Assembly: GCA_038204425.1 (NCBI GenBank)
Contig: JBBRCZ010000002.1
Location: 220,222-284,221, forward strand
Source: Spirochaetia bacterium
GTDB lineage: Bacteria > Spirochaetota > Spirochaetia > DSM-27196 > Salinispiraceae
Length of the DNA stretch: 64,000 nucleotides
Reading direction: 5' to 3'
Both the position numbers and the translations under genes were made by a program. This document shows, piece after piece, positions 49,107 through 58,851 of this stretch (position 1 is the stretch's first letter; every line of letters starts with the position of its first letter). The notes below the pieces were generated by a model. That model had not been told where the DNA came from and searched no databases. It was given only the letters and a program-made list of their open reading frames with translations.

Positions 49107-49200
49107 CGTATTTCCTCTCTTGTATTCTTTTTTCAGAACGATCCATAAGACTCTACCAAGTTATTGATATTTTTGCTATTCGGTCCACGCCCAAATTTGA

Positions 49201-49806
49201 TTATTGCCAGTCCAAGCCAATGCTTACATTTATTGATTCAATTTGGTCGATGTCATCTAAACCATATTGGTTAGCGATTAGCAACGAGGGTAAGATTCCA
49301 TGCCGGTACGACAAGACCAAGATCAAGGAAAGCTCTTTATTTAGCCGTATCCAACCGTTTAGTCCGCCTTCCAAATAGCCAGCAGCATAATAATTGACCA
49401 GCAAAGTTGTATGTTGGATACCAATACTGGCGTTGAGACCAATACCCCAAGCTCTAAAATCAAACTTATAAACTGGTCCAATACCCTGATATAAAAAGGT
49501 ACCTTCGATCGGCGTAGAGCGTGGGTGAATTACGGCTCCAGACGCCAAGGTGGCACGCAATCCGAGTCCCGCCACAATTGGTAAACTTAGATCTAACTCG
49601 GTAAAGGGTCCGACTAGGTAGGCTCCGTCTCGCTGCAGATGGTCCCTAAAAGGGCCTGTAAAAAAGCTTGCGCCCACATGGATGCTAAGGTCTAAGTTAT
49701 TTGAACTTGTGATGGTCGATTCTTGTGGCTTATCTTCTGTTGCTGATAGACCCAATCCACATCCGACTAATACAACAATCAAGAAAAATAGGTTTTTAGG
49801 TGTCAT
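49201..49806 (-). CDS. Hypothetical secreted protein, possibly an outer-membrane beta-barrel
   Basis: Signal peptide, alternating hydrophobic beta-strand patterns, ends SIGLDWQ; AGGAG RBS. Confidence 0.55.
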   Translation of the reverse strand: MTPKNLFFLIVVLVGCGLGLSATEDKPQESTITSSNNLDLSIHVGASFFTGPFRDHLQRDGAYLVGPFTELDLSLPIVAGLGLRATLASGAVIHPRSTPIEGTFLYQGIGPVYKFDFRAWGIGLNASIGIQHTTLLVNYYAAGYLEGGLNGWIRLNKELSLILVLSYRHGILPSLLIANQYGLDDIDQIESINVSIGLDWQ

Positions 49807-49867
49807 GCGAGCTCCTTGGCAAGAGTATCGCATCAGAATTGCAGGCTCGCAATATCTATCGCAAGGT

Positions 49868-50140
49868 TACGAAGACAATACCTTTGATGCTGCTAAGGCT
49901 GTTTTGACCCAGCAGGATCGTACTTCTGGCTCGCGGACTATATACCAGAAATAGTCGAGCTTGACCAAGCAATCATGCCAGCTTTAAGTGAGTTTGAGCG
50001 CATTCTTGGCGAGCTTAGCGTGGAAGTCATCCCTATTCCGCACGACTGCTGTGACGGTTTTCTCGGGGCTTACTGGCGCCGCCCGCAGGCCTATCTCGAC
50101 TGGCAGGTTAGGTCTGCCAGCTCCACGTTTGCAAAACTTG
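49868..50140 (+). pseudogene. Class I SAM methyltransferase remnant
   Basis: YEDNTFDAAKAVLT in one frame joined to FDPAGSYFWLADYIPE..IPHDCCDGFLGAYWRRPQAYLD in another. Confidence 0.7.
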
Positions 50141-50170
50141 TCGTAGGCTCCAAGGAGCGGTGCGCTACTG

Positions 50171-51646
50171 CTAAACTTGTTTTTCCCGGCGGATAATGCG
50201 CGGAATCGAACAAACCGTGTGCGTGTCAGAAAGCCATTCCACACCGGTTTCGGCAATCATGCGATCAGCGGATTCAGGCCCCCTGGATCCGTTCTCGTAG
50301 CTCTCTAACGGAAAGTCCTTGTTTGCCCAAGCTGCAAGAATACTCTCGCTAATGCGCCAGCAAGAAAGCACTTCTTCACTCGTGGCAAAAAGCGTATGGT
50401 CGCCCCTCATTGCGTCAACCAGAACACGCTCGTAGGCGTCGGGATGGCTTGAGCTCAACTTTTCAGTATAACAAAAGTCGAGTTGAACCTGCTCTAGCTC
50501 GTTTGCAAAACCTGGTTTTTTGATGTGCAGGTCAATCACTATGCCTTCGTTTGGCTGGATACGTATCGTTAGATAGTTTTTTGTTTCGGGGTTTTGAGAA
50601 TCCGAGAATACGAGCGTGATTTCGGTAACTTTTTCGTGGATTGCTTTGCCCGTCCGGATAAAAACGGGGACCCCACGCCACTGCTCAGTTTCGATCGAAA
50701 GACGTAGAGCTGCATAAGTTTCCGTCATTGACTGGATGTTTCCAACTTCTTCTCTATAACTTGCATACTGCGCGCGTATGGCGTCACGCTCCATGAAAGC
50801 GAGTTCAGGCGGGCGGACGTGGGACAGCAGAATTTCTTTTTGATGATGAATGTCGTCGGAACTCATGGTTGCGGGTTTGTCCATGGTAACAAGAGCAAGC
50901 AGCTGCAGCAGGTGGCTCTGTACGAGATCTCGCATTGCCCCCATGTTCTCGTAAAAGGCGCTTCGACCCTCGATGCCGATCGATTCTATCGCTGTAATCA
51001 TGATGTGGCTGACGTGTTCGCGGTTCCAAGTTCCGCTAAATAGCGGGTTTTCAAAACGAAAGGCAAGAATGTTCTGCGAGGTCTCCTTGGCGAGGTAATG
51101 GTCGATGCGGTACACCTGTGTTTCGTTGAAGTGCGCATCAAGGCCGGCAATCAGTTCCTTAGCAGATGCAAGATCATAACCAAATGGCTTTTCTATAAGT
51201 AGTCGGCATTCTCGCGTACCCTTTTGGTGGACATTAATGTCGTTTTGGGCAAGTCGTGTGGTAACGGTAGCGAATAAGTTTGCCGGGATGGCCAGGTAGA
51301 ACATGCGGTTAAGCGGGTGCCCGGCGTTAGTTTCGATACGCTCCAGTTCATCCGCCAATCTTCCGTATTCGGACGGTTCTCCTATGTTCATGTCGACGAT
51401 GGACAGCATTTTTTCTAGTCGCGCAAATACTACGGGATCCGTTTTTTCATCTTTTCCTGTGCGTTTCCTTATCAGCGCGAGTATATCGGCCGCGGTCGTT
51501 CCACGCCTAGAAATTCCTGCAATGTGAAAAGTATCCGGCAAGTTGCCTGCTGTGGCGAGATGGAATAGGGCCGGGAGCAGTTTTCGTTCGGCAAGATCGC
51601 CGGTGATGCCAAAGATTACCAGAATTGTGTTTGCAAGCTTTTCCAT
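50171..51646 (-). CDS. zwf: Glucose-6-phosphate 1-dehydrogenase
   Basis: IFGITGDLA, EKPFG, RIDHYLAKE, RDLVQSHLLQ and RIQPNEG. Confidence 0.96.
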   Translation of the reverse strand: MEKLANTILVIFGITGDLAERKLLPALFHLATAGNLPDTFHIAGISRRGTTAADILALIRKRTGKDEKTDPVVFARLEKMLSIVDMNIGEPSEYGRLADELERIETNAGHPLNRMFYLAIPANLFATVTTRLAQNDINVHQKGTRECRLLIEKPFGYDLASAKELIAGLDAHFNETQVYRIDHYLAKETSQNILAFRFENPLFSGTWNREHVSHIMITAIESIGIEGRSAFYENMGAMRDLVQSHLLQLLALVTMDKPATMSSDDIHHQKEILLSHVRPPELAFMERDAIRAQYASYREEVGNIQSMTETYAALRLSIETEQWRGVPVFIRTGKAIHEKVTEITLVFSDSQNPETKNYLTIRIQPNEGIVIDLHIKKPGFANELEQVQLDFCYTEKLSSSHPDAYERVLVDAMRGDHTLFATSEEVLSCWRISESILAAWANKDFPLESYENGSRGPESADRMIAETGVEWLSDTHTVCSIPRIIRREKQV

Positions 51647-51669
51647 CTCGTTCCTTCCTATCGTTAAGA

Positions 51670-52584
51670 CTACTGTTTGTTGATCGCATGTCCGCCAAAT
51701 TTGTTGCGCATGGCTGCCAGCAATTTGGTGGCGTAGTTTGTTTCGCCTTTTTGGCTGCGAAGGCGTACTTCAAAAGATTCTCTGATTACCGGCAGCGCTA
51801 TGCCAGCGTCTTGTGCCGCCTCAAGCGTCCAGCGCGTTTCTCCCGATTCGGTGACGTAGCCGTCGATCCCTATCATTTCTGGATTCTCGGTAAGGGCTTC
51901 AGTAGTCAGTCCGTTGAGCAGCGACTCAATGATGCTGCCGTGCTGCCACACTTTGCCCGCCTCGGCAAGGTCGATTCCTTGGATGGGGCCTTCTTTGAGC
52001 ATCCGGTAACCTTCGGCGTAGGCTTGCATCAGACCGTATTCGATCGCATTGTGGACCATCTTGGTGTAGTGTCCGCTGCCACATTCACCGAAATGGTGCC
52101 AACCTCCCGGGATTGCCAAAGCGTCGAGAATGGGCTTTATTACAGCGACCGCTTGTTTTTTGCCGCCAACCATCATGGCGTAGCCCTGCTCAAGGCCGAG
52201 GATGCCGCCGCTTGTACCGACGTCGATATAATCGATATTGGCTGCGAGGCATTTTTTTGCTCGTTCGCGGGTAAGTCTAAAATCTGAGTTGCCACCGTCT
52301 ACGATTATGGTTCCTGCGCTCACTATCATCAGCAAGGCATCAAGTTCCGCGTCTACAAACTGCGAGGGAATCATCATCCAAATCACAAGTGGGTTTTCCG
52401 CTTTACTCGACTGCAGTTTGACAACAAGGTCGTCACGGTCGCTAGCCGCTAATGCTCCCGCCTGGACTGCAGTACTCACTGCTTCCTGGTTGAGGTCTGA
52501 GACGACTATTTCATTGCCTGCTTTTAGTATGCGCACGACCATGTTGGCGCCCATTTTTCCGAGGCCTATAAAACCGATCTTCAT
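51670..52584 (-). CDS. gnd: 6-phosphogluconate dehydrogenase (decarboxylating, short form)
   Basis: IGLGKMG, DGGNS, DVGTSGG, KMVHNAIEYG, SGETRW and RNKFGGH. Confidence 0.95.
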   Translation of the reverse strand: MKIGFIGLGKMGANMVVRILKAGNEIVVSDLNQEAVSTAVQAGALAASDRDDLVVKLQSSKAENPLVIWMMIPSQFVDAELDALLMIVSAGTIIVDGGNSDFRLTRERAKKCLAANIDYIDVGTSGGILGLEQGYAMMVGGKKQAVAVIKPILDALAIPGGWHHFGECGSGHYTKMVHNAIEYGLMQAYAEGYRMLKEGPIQGIDLAEAGKVWQHGSIIESLLNGLTTEALTENPEMIGIDGYVTESGETRWTLEAAQDAGIALPVIRESFEVRLRSQKGETNYATKLLAAMRNKFGGHAINKQ

Positions 52585-53336
52585 TCTATTGCTCCTAACT
52601 GTCCGGGTATTTTGTCGCTGAAAATTAGCGTTTTTTTAGCAAGTTTGAGTAGCTGCGCCGGTTGATCCGCTACCGGTTTATCTTTTTTGAGTTCAGCAAG
52701 TACTGGCCACTTGGCGCTCCCTGCAGCATAAACAACTGCAAAATCAATATACTGAAAAAATGCTGGGGTGATGGTAATTCGAGAAAAAAACGCAGTTTTG
52801 TAGGCGGTCGCTAGTGGTACTCGGGACCATCCATTGTTAGCCGTCACGGCAAGTGCGCTGGCAGGGCTATTGGGCAGTATGCCTGCGGTGTGGCCGTCTG
52901 TCCCGATACCAAGCAGACCTACGATAAAGATTTTTCCCTGTTCAGACTCGACCGCCGCCTCGGTGAGAAAGGCATCAAAGCGCTTAGTCAGGATGTCCAG
53001 TTCCACCTCGCTGCCTGTGCTGTTTTCCAATAGCGGCATAGTCAGCCAATAGCCGGATTGCAGTCCGTTTTCCAGAAGCAGACGCCAGTTGGAGTCGGGA
53101 TGACCTTGGTAGCCAAAGCGCTCGTCGATGAGCGAAACGGTCAGCAAACGCTTGAGCGTGTCGGGACTGGAATCGAACCTTACTTGCAGAGCTTTGCAGG
53201 TATCAACTGCTATCGCAGCGGTGGAACCGCCAGAGACGAGAAAGAGCACGGGGGTATCGTTCTGTAGCCGATCGCCAATCCACTGGGTCAGTGCATCGCA
53301 AACTGGGTCAGTTGAGTCAGTACAGACAAAAGTCAT
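52581..53336 (-). CDS. pgl: 6-phosphogluconolactonase-like protein (glucosamine/galactosamine-6P isomerase fold)
   Basis: VSGGS, DER, DSN, GIGTDGHTAG and RIT; overlaps the gnd start. Confidence 0.8.
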   Translation of the reverse strand: MTFVCTDSTDPVCDALTQWIGDRLQNDTPVLFLVSGGSTAAIAVDTCKALQVRFDSSPDTLKRLLTVSLIDERFGYQGHPDSNWRLLLENGLQSGYWLTMPLLENSTGSEVELDILTKRFDAFLTEAAVESEQGKIFIVGLLGIGTDGHTAGILPNSPASALAVTANNGWSRVPLATAYKTAFFSRITITPAFFQYIDFAVVYAAGSAKWPVLAELKKDKPVADQPAQLLKLAKKTLIFSDKIPGQLGAIE

Positions 53337-53422
53337 AGCTTAATAATATAGCAATTTTTGTTTCGCGTGTACTTTTGATACAGAATGCGGATTCTATCAC
53401 CAGACTGGCGCTATTATTGGAT

Positions 53423-54736
53423 CTAATCCCTCACGAGCCCAAAGACCTTTAGTTTGTTAAAAAGGGTTCTTCTGGTAATGCCCAATTCTAATGCTGCCTT
53501 GGTCTGATTGTTTTCCCATCTCAAAAGAGCAGCAAGGATAGCACTTTTCTCGAGCGAAGCTAGGGTGCCTTGTGCGGGCTCAGGGTCAATGCTGAGGTCA
53601 GGAATATCAAGATTTTCTTTGTGAATGTCTAAGGAGTCGGAGAAAATACAAGCCCTCTCTAGTAGATTTTCCAGTTCTCTGATATTTCCTGGAAAGTCGT
53701 AAGTACCCAATGCTTCTAAGGCTTCAGTCGTCAATGAGTATTGTTTATTCAGCTGTTGAGATATTTTTTCTAAGAGCTGAGTACAAAGTAGTGGCAGGTC
53801 TTCCTTTCTATCCCGCAAAGGAGATAAGTGGATAGGAACCACATGGAGTCGATAAAAAAGGTCTTCTCGGAATCTACCAGCCTGAACTTCCGCTATTAGG
53901 TCTCGATTGGTTGCACAAAGGATGCGAGCTTCCACGGGGATGGGAGAGGTTCCTCCGAGGCGTTGAATCTTCCTCTCCTGTAGTACCCTCAGCAATTTAA
54001 CTTGCAAAGCCAAGGGCATCTCGCCAATTTCGTCCAAAAAAAGGGTGCCACCTTGGGCGGTCTCAAAAAGGCCAGTTTTTCTTCGGTCAGCGCCAGTGAA
54101 AGCGCCCTTTTCATAGCCAAAAAGTTCGCTTTCCAAGAGGTTTTCCGGTATGCCACCAATGTTAACAGCCACAAAGGGACCATTGCTTCGCGTGGACTTT
54201 TGATGAATTGTTCGAGCTAAAATCTCTTTGCCTGTTCCACTTTCTCCCGTAATCAGGATCAATGATTCGGTTGGTGCAGCTTTTTCCACCAGGCCGCGAA
54301 TTTTTTTAAAAGGGGGTGACGGGAAGTTCCACAGTTTGTCAGGATCAGGAGCTTTTTGGCTTTCTATGCGTTGGTAAGTCCTGATTTGACAGGCTGCTTG
54401 AAGTCGGTGAAAGAGTTCTTCAGGTTCAAACGGCTTTGAAATGTAGTCAAGCGCCCCAGATTTTAAGGCTTTGACAGCTTCTTGGACTTGCCCGTGAGCA
54501 CTCATCATCACCACACCCAGCCCAAGACCTTCACGTTTAATCCATTCCAAGAGTTCCTGCCCAGACATTTCGGGCATACGTAAATCTAGCAAGGCCATGT
54601 CAAAGACCTCTTCTGTCAAAATTCTTTGCGCTGCCAATGCGTTCTCAGCGGGAGTAACTGTCCAAGCTCGTTTTTCCAAGACCTTAACCAGGGTTAATCG
54701 AAGCGCTTTGTCATCTTCAACAATAAGTATTCTCAT
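53423..54736 (-). CDS. Sigma-54-dependent response regulator (NtrC/ZraR/AtoC type)
   Basis: Receiver [48 protein letters not shown]; Fis-type HTH. Confidence 0.96.
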   Translation of the reverse strand: MRILIVEDDKALRLTLVKVLEKRAWTVTPAENALAAQRILTEEVFDMALLDLRMPEMSGQELLEWIKREGLGLGVVMMSAHGQVQEAVKALKSGALDYISKPFEPEELFHRLQAACQIRTYQRIESQKAPDPDKLWNFPSPPFKKIRGLVEKAAPTESLILITGESGTGKEILARTIHQKSTRSNGPFVAVNIGGIPENLLESELFGYEKGAFTGADRRKTGLFETAQGGTLFLDEIGEMPLALQVKLLRVLQERKIQRLGGTSPIPVEARILCATNRDLIAEVQAGRFREDLFYRLHVVPIHLSPLRDRKEDLPLLCTQLLEKISQQLNKQYSLTTEALEALGTYDFPGNIRELENLLERACIFSDSLDIHKENLDIPDLSIDPEPAQGTLASLEKSAILAALLRWENNQTKAALELGITRRTLFNKLKVFGLVRD

Positions 54737-55923
54737 GGTGCCTCCTTCCATTCAAGGTGGGCAACTGTACCACCGCCGTCTCTTGCAAAAATTTCAATAG
54801 TGCCGCCACTGGCTTCCATGAACCGCCGAGCCAGGGCTAGACCAAGACCAATACCGGCTGATTTAGTGGTAAAAAAGGGTGTAAATAATCTCTGTGTTTG
54901 GTTAGGCGGAAACCCCGTACCCCTATCTACTATTTCAAGAATCACTTGCTTGTCTCGGCGTGCCAACAAAAGGCTTGGAGCGGGGTCTTGGGTGTTTAAG
55001 CTTTCTTTGGCGTTTTGAATAATATTATCAAGGATTGATCGTAGCCTTAGAGCGTCCATGGTAATTTTAAATTCCCCTTGATTTGAATCAAGTTTTAGTT
55101 TGGCATATGGGGTGGCCTGTAATAATAATAAAAGGTCGACTACTTGAGGTTTTCCTTTGGGATCCCTAACTAAGTCTTTAACTCTCTCCACCAGTTCGGT
55201 AATCCTAAGCGTTTCTTGGGCAATAATTTCAGCTTCCTCTCTAAACTCCGAATGGTCTGAGAGGCTTCGAGCTTGGAGCAGGATGGTAGACAAGGGGTTT
55301 TTTATCTCATGGGCCAAAACTGAGCCGACGTCGGCAAGAAAGTTAGCCTCTTCCCGTAATTTGAGCTGTTCAGCTAAGATTCTGTTTCGATTCTGTAGAC
55401 CCCAAACCATCGCCAGTAGTCCCAAAAGTGTGATTTGGCCAAGCGCATAAACAAGCCAAAGGGTTAAGGGGTAGTTTCGGCTTGCGGTGTCTAAAACGTG
55501 AACCACAAGAAAACCCGCCAAATCCCCTTTTATGCCTGGTCTAGGCGGAGGGAGCAGGGGTTTTACTAAAAATGAAGCACCATCTTCAATATCAATCCAA
55601 TAGAATTTCTTCTCAGGCAGAAATACCTGTGGATCCACGCTTGAAGGCATAGATCCAAGTAAAATAAAGGGGTAACCACCCGGGGAGTAAAGGCCTAGGC
55701 CCGCTACCCCAGATGGCAAATCGTCATTGTCAGCAATAAGGCCGTCCCGGACGTTTCTCAAAAGCTCCTCACCAAGCCTGTCTGTTTCATATTCAGTAAA
55801 TTTTTGATGTCGTTGGTTTTCGAGCAGTGTCAAAACAAAAACAAAGCCCGAAAGGGCTATGAAAAAAAGAAGCGTGCTGCCATGACGCAAAAGTCCCCGG
55901 ACGTTTCTATCCATCTTTGACAA
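54733..55923 (-). CDS. Sensor histidine kinase
   Basis: Two TM segments, AHEIKNPL, NIIQNA, DRGTG and PFFTTK..GIGLGL. Confidence 0.94.
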   Translation of the reverse strand: MSKMDRNVRGLLRHGSTLLFFIALSGFVFVLTLLENQRHQKFTEYETDRLGEELLRNVRDGLIADNDDLPSGVAGLGLYSPGGYPFILLGSMPSSVDPQVFLPEKKFYWIDIEDGASFLVKPLLPPPRPGIKGDLAGFLVVHVLDTASRNYPLTLWLVYALGQITLLGLLAMVWGLQNRNRILAEQLKLREEANFLADVGSVLAHEIKNPLSTILLQARSLSDHSEFREEAEIIAQETLRITELVERVKDLVRDPKGKPQVVDLLLLLQATPYAKLKLDSNQGEFKITMDALRLRSILDNIIQNAKESLNTQDPAPSLLLARRDKQVILEIVDRGTGFPPNQTQRLFTPFFTTKSAGIGLGLALARRFMEASGGTIEIFARDGGGTVAHLEWKEAP

Positions 55924-55967
55924 GTTAAGTTTGCTCCCTAAATTAATTCCAATTTTATGTATACCAT

Positions 55968-56001
55968 AAAAAAAGAGGCTGACCTTGTTTTTGTCAGCCT
56001 C
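55968..56001 (-). terminator. Intrinsic terminator after the secreted-protein gene
   Basis: Minus strand GAGGCTGAC-N9-GTCAGCCTC-T7. Confidence 0.85.
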
Positions 56002-56007
56002 ATTCCA

Positions 56008-56517
56008 TTAGTGCATGTTCATAGGACCCATACCAGGAGCCATATTAGGACCTCGTGCTTGACCCTGTCTACCTTCCATGTGCTTGTCTCGACGCTCATT
56101 TCCTCGTGACTTGTGATCTTGTCTCCATTGTTCCAGATTGATTTCCTTGCCACCAATCTTTACAATTTGGGGAAAGACGGAGTAGATCACCTTGCCATCA
56201 GGGGTTTTCAAAGTTGTGAAAACGCCTTGGATTTCTAAAGTATCGTTCTGCTTCAAGTTGACTCCCGAGAAAGCCATCATTGGAAGGCGTATTTCGTATT
56301 CTTTTCCTTCTGCAGCAAAGACTGGGATGAGTCGGTCGGTAAAAAGCGCCTTCCCGGCAACAATTTTTACCTCGTGGGTCAGAGTTGTTCCCACAGCCAA
56401 ATTATCTAAGTTCCTTCCAAAGGTTGGACCAAAGCCGGGAGCTGCTGCGGTTTGAGCGCTAACGATAACAGCCAGACTAGACAGTAACGCAAAGAATGCA
56501 ATTTTTTTTGCTTTCAT
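56008..56517 (-). CDS. Secreted/periplasmic protein with Gly/Pro/Met-rich tail
   Basis: Signal peptide MKAKKIAFF..VSA; AGGAGG RBS; tail GPNMAPGMGPMNMH. Confidence 0.8.
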   Translation of the reverse strand: MKAKKIAFFALLSSLAVIVSAQTAAAPGFGPTFGRNLDNLAVGTTLTHEVKIVAGKALFTDRLIPVFAAEGKEYEIRLPMMAFSGVNLKQNDTLEIQGVFTTLKTPDGKVIYSVFPQIVKIGGKEINLEQWRQDHKSRGNERRDKHMEGRQGQARGPNMAPGMGPMNMH

Positions 56518-56546
56518 GTTGAACCTCCTAAGTTCACAAACATATA

Positions 56547-56562
56547 TGCAATTATCGTGCCA
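56547..56562 (-). promoter_or_regulatory. Sigma-54 (-24/-12) promoter
   Basis: Minus strand TGGCAC-GATAA-TTGCA, matching the consensus, about 30 bp upstream of the 56517 start. Confidence 0.88.
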
Positions 56563-56620
56563 ATAAATCGGGTGTAAAACGGGGTTTTCCCTGTGTTTGC
56601 CTTACTTTTTGCACTCATTT

Positions 56621-56666
56621 TGGGAAAAGTTATCACCAAAGCAGATTTCTGGGAACATTTTTCCCA
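56621..56666. promoter_or_regulatory. Tandem candidate enhancer (UAS) sites for the sigma-54 activator
   Basis: TGGGAA-CATTT-TTCCCA (56650-56666) and a degenerate copy TGGGAAAAGTTATCACC (56621-56637), at typical UAS distance. Confidence 0.6.
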
Positions 56667-56860
56667 CAATTTAGTCATGAAAATAGGGCTTCTTCCAATG
56701 GCCATACCACTGTTAGGCGGGCCAAAGTCCGGCGGCTCCAGACCCTTTGTTGCTTTTATTCTCACGGAGCCATCGTTCATGCCCAATATTGGCGCTCAAA
56801 GAAAAAAATCTTACCAAAAGTAAAATATAACTTGCCTTAATTTCACGATGTGTTATATTT

Positions 56861-56876
56861 AGTTGCGTACGCAACT
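56861..56876. promoter_or_regulatory. Perfect 16-bp palindrome; candidate MarR operator
   Basis: AGTTGCGTACGCAACT between a TATATT -10-like box and the RBS of the NmrA-MarR operon. Confidence 0.7.
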
Positions 56877-56893
56877 TTATTTAAAAGGAATAA

Positions 56894-57757
56894 ATGATGA
56901 AAGAAACAATTTTTGTAACAGGTGCTGGTGGCAATGTAGGCTCACAAGTAGCCAAAAATTTGGTCAAGCTTGGTGTAAAAGTGAGGGGTGCAAAACTGCA
57001 TCACGAAAAACTAGAAAGTGACCTTGGCATCGAATATGAATTATTTGATTTTGCTGAGCCACAAACCTGGGAAGCATGCTTAAAAGGCGTCAATAAAGTA
57101 TTTCTGATGCGCCCGCCACATATTTCCAACATCAAGCGAGATATGCTGCCGTTCATGAAATATTTGAAAGAAATCAATATTCAACAAGTGGTATTTTTAT
57201 CTGTCCAAGGCGCAGAGGGTAACAAGATAGTTCCACACTATAAAGTTGAACAATTCTGCATTCAACTTGGCTTGCCGTACACGTTTATCAGACCAAGTTT
57301 CTTTATGCAAAATCTAACTACTACACACTTAGAAGAAATTAGAGACGAAAAAATTGTCTTTGTTCCGACTGGTAAGGGTAAAACCAATTTTATTGACGTT
57401 AGAGATATCGGCGAAATTGCGGCCAAATTATTTTTTGATAAGAAATACATCAATCAAGGACTAACCATCACTGGCCAAAAAAGTTTTTCGTATGCCGAAA
57501 TTGCCGAAGAACTTAGCAAGGGACTGGATCAAGAGATAAAGTTTGTAAACCCAGGCATTTTGCGTTTCATCGGATACCACCAAAAGAAAGGTAGAAAACT
57601 GGGCATGACCTTGGTCATGGTAGCTCTCTATTCGATAGTAAAACTGGGCAAGGGCAATATTAGCACTAGCACCGCCGAAGAAATATTAGGCAGAAAACCT
57701 ATAACACTGCAACAATTTATTGCTGATCACAAACAAATTTTACAGGGAAGTAAATGA
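56894..57757 (+). CDS. NmrA-like atypical SDR (NAD(P)H-binding)
   Basis: IFVTGAGGNVGS, RPSFFMQN and FIDVRDIG. Confidence 0.88.
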   Translation: MMKETIFVTGAGGNVGSQVAKNLVKLGVKVRGAKLHHEKLESDLGIEYELFDFAEPQTWEACLKGVNKVFLMRPPHISNIKRDMLPFMKYLKEINIQQVVFLSVQGAEGNKIVPHYKVEQFCIQLGLPYTFIRPSFFMQNLTTTHLEEIRDEKIVFVPTGKGKTNFIDVRDIGEIAAKLFFDKKYINQGLTITGQKSFSYAEIAEELSKGLDQEIKFVNPGILRFIGYHQKKGRKLGMTLVMVALYSIVKLGKGNISTSTAEEILGRKPITLQQFIADHKQILQGSK

Positions 57758-58176
57758 GTCAAGGTGACAATGGCTTTGGGTTATGGATTTCTATACTTAA
57801 CCGCCAAGCCAGCATGTATTTTCAGCGCGAGCTCAAGCTTTATAAGCTTGGGCCCGGTCAGCAAGCCTATCTTTTAGCACTCCAAGCTAACGAGCAGATA
57901 GCCCAAGAAGAGCTTGCAAAACGGCTCCAGGTGGACAAAGCAAACGTGAGCCGGGCCATCAAAGGCTTAGAAGAGGTAGGGTACATTAGTCGCAAAAATT
58001 CTGAGACAGATGCGCGTATTTTACTTGTTTCCTTAAGTCCGCAAGGCGAAACGGTAAAAATCGCTGTAGAAAACATAGCTCGCGCATGGATACAGAGTTT
58101 AAGATCTCGAATAAGCGAGGAAGAGTGGCAATTATGCGAATCAGCCTTAAAAAAAATAGCGCTCTCTTTCCGCTAG
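57754..58176 (+). CDS. MarR family transcriptional regulator
   Basis: QEELAKRLQVDKANVSRAIKGLEEVGYI and DAR..LSPQG. Confidence 0.92.
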   Translation: MSQGDNGFGLWISILNRQASMYFQRELKLYKLGPGQQAYLLALQANEQIAQEELAKRLQVDKANVSRAIKGLEEVGYISRKNSETDARILLVSLSPQGETVKIAVENIARAWIQSLRSRISEEEWQLCESALKKIALSFR

Positions 58177-58234
58177 CCGGACATAACAAGCGTCTACTGC
58201 ATGGAAACGCTTAGGCAACGATGTGGCCAATTTA

Positions 58235-58762
58235 CTAATTCTTGATCGTGGCCATATCTTTGACTATCTGACACCTTACATTTTTGCCCATCGCCATGCA
58301 AATAGGTATGCCGCCGCCAGGAGAAATTCACTGGCTAGTCATGTAAAAATGACTCAAACCAAGCATATTTTTTGGTAAAATGAGCCCTGCCAGTTCCACG
58401 TGTAGCGTTTCTAAGTGACTGGACTTGCTCTATCTGTTTGTTCGATAAGCTCACCGATACCAAAAAACTGGATTTATAGCTACGCGATATAATCAACTAA
58501 TATTTTTTTCGTATTGAACTTTATGGTTGGTATTTGCCTTAGAACATAGCAAAAATAGTGCTGCCATCTTCCAATTCAATCCCCCAGGCGGCATCATTTT
58601 CTACAATGAGTTTTTTTACTTTTTTTTGGAAATAGATTTTGTCACCAAATGTCTGATAGCGCTTCGCAATGGTTTGCGAAAAATGTAAGGAGCCATTAAA
58701 GCACTCATATCCCTTGTTACGAGCCAATAACCCGCACCGATGATAATTATTTTTTATTTCAT
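58235..58762 (-). pseudogene. Phytoene-dehydrogenase-like (COG1233-type) FAD oxidoreductase remnant
   Basis: Fragments MK*KIIIIGAG, GSLHFSQTIAKRY..VKKLIVEND..GIELEDG and FYMTSQWISPGGGIPICMAMG spread over frames with stops. Confidence 0.7.
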
Positions 58763-58851
58763 AGAATTTTGTGAAGAACTATGTGCGAAGGCGCACGGAC
58801 TATAGTTGAGCGCGACAGATATTTTTCAAATATTAGTTGCAAGGAGTAATT

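Noticed and set aside
49682..50256. ORFs 49682-49954, 49975-50196 and 49984-50256 as independent genes
   Set aside because: Explained by the two frames of the methyltransferase remnant and by overlaps with neighbouring genes
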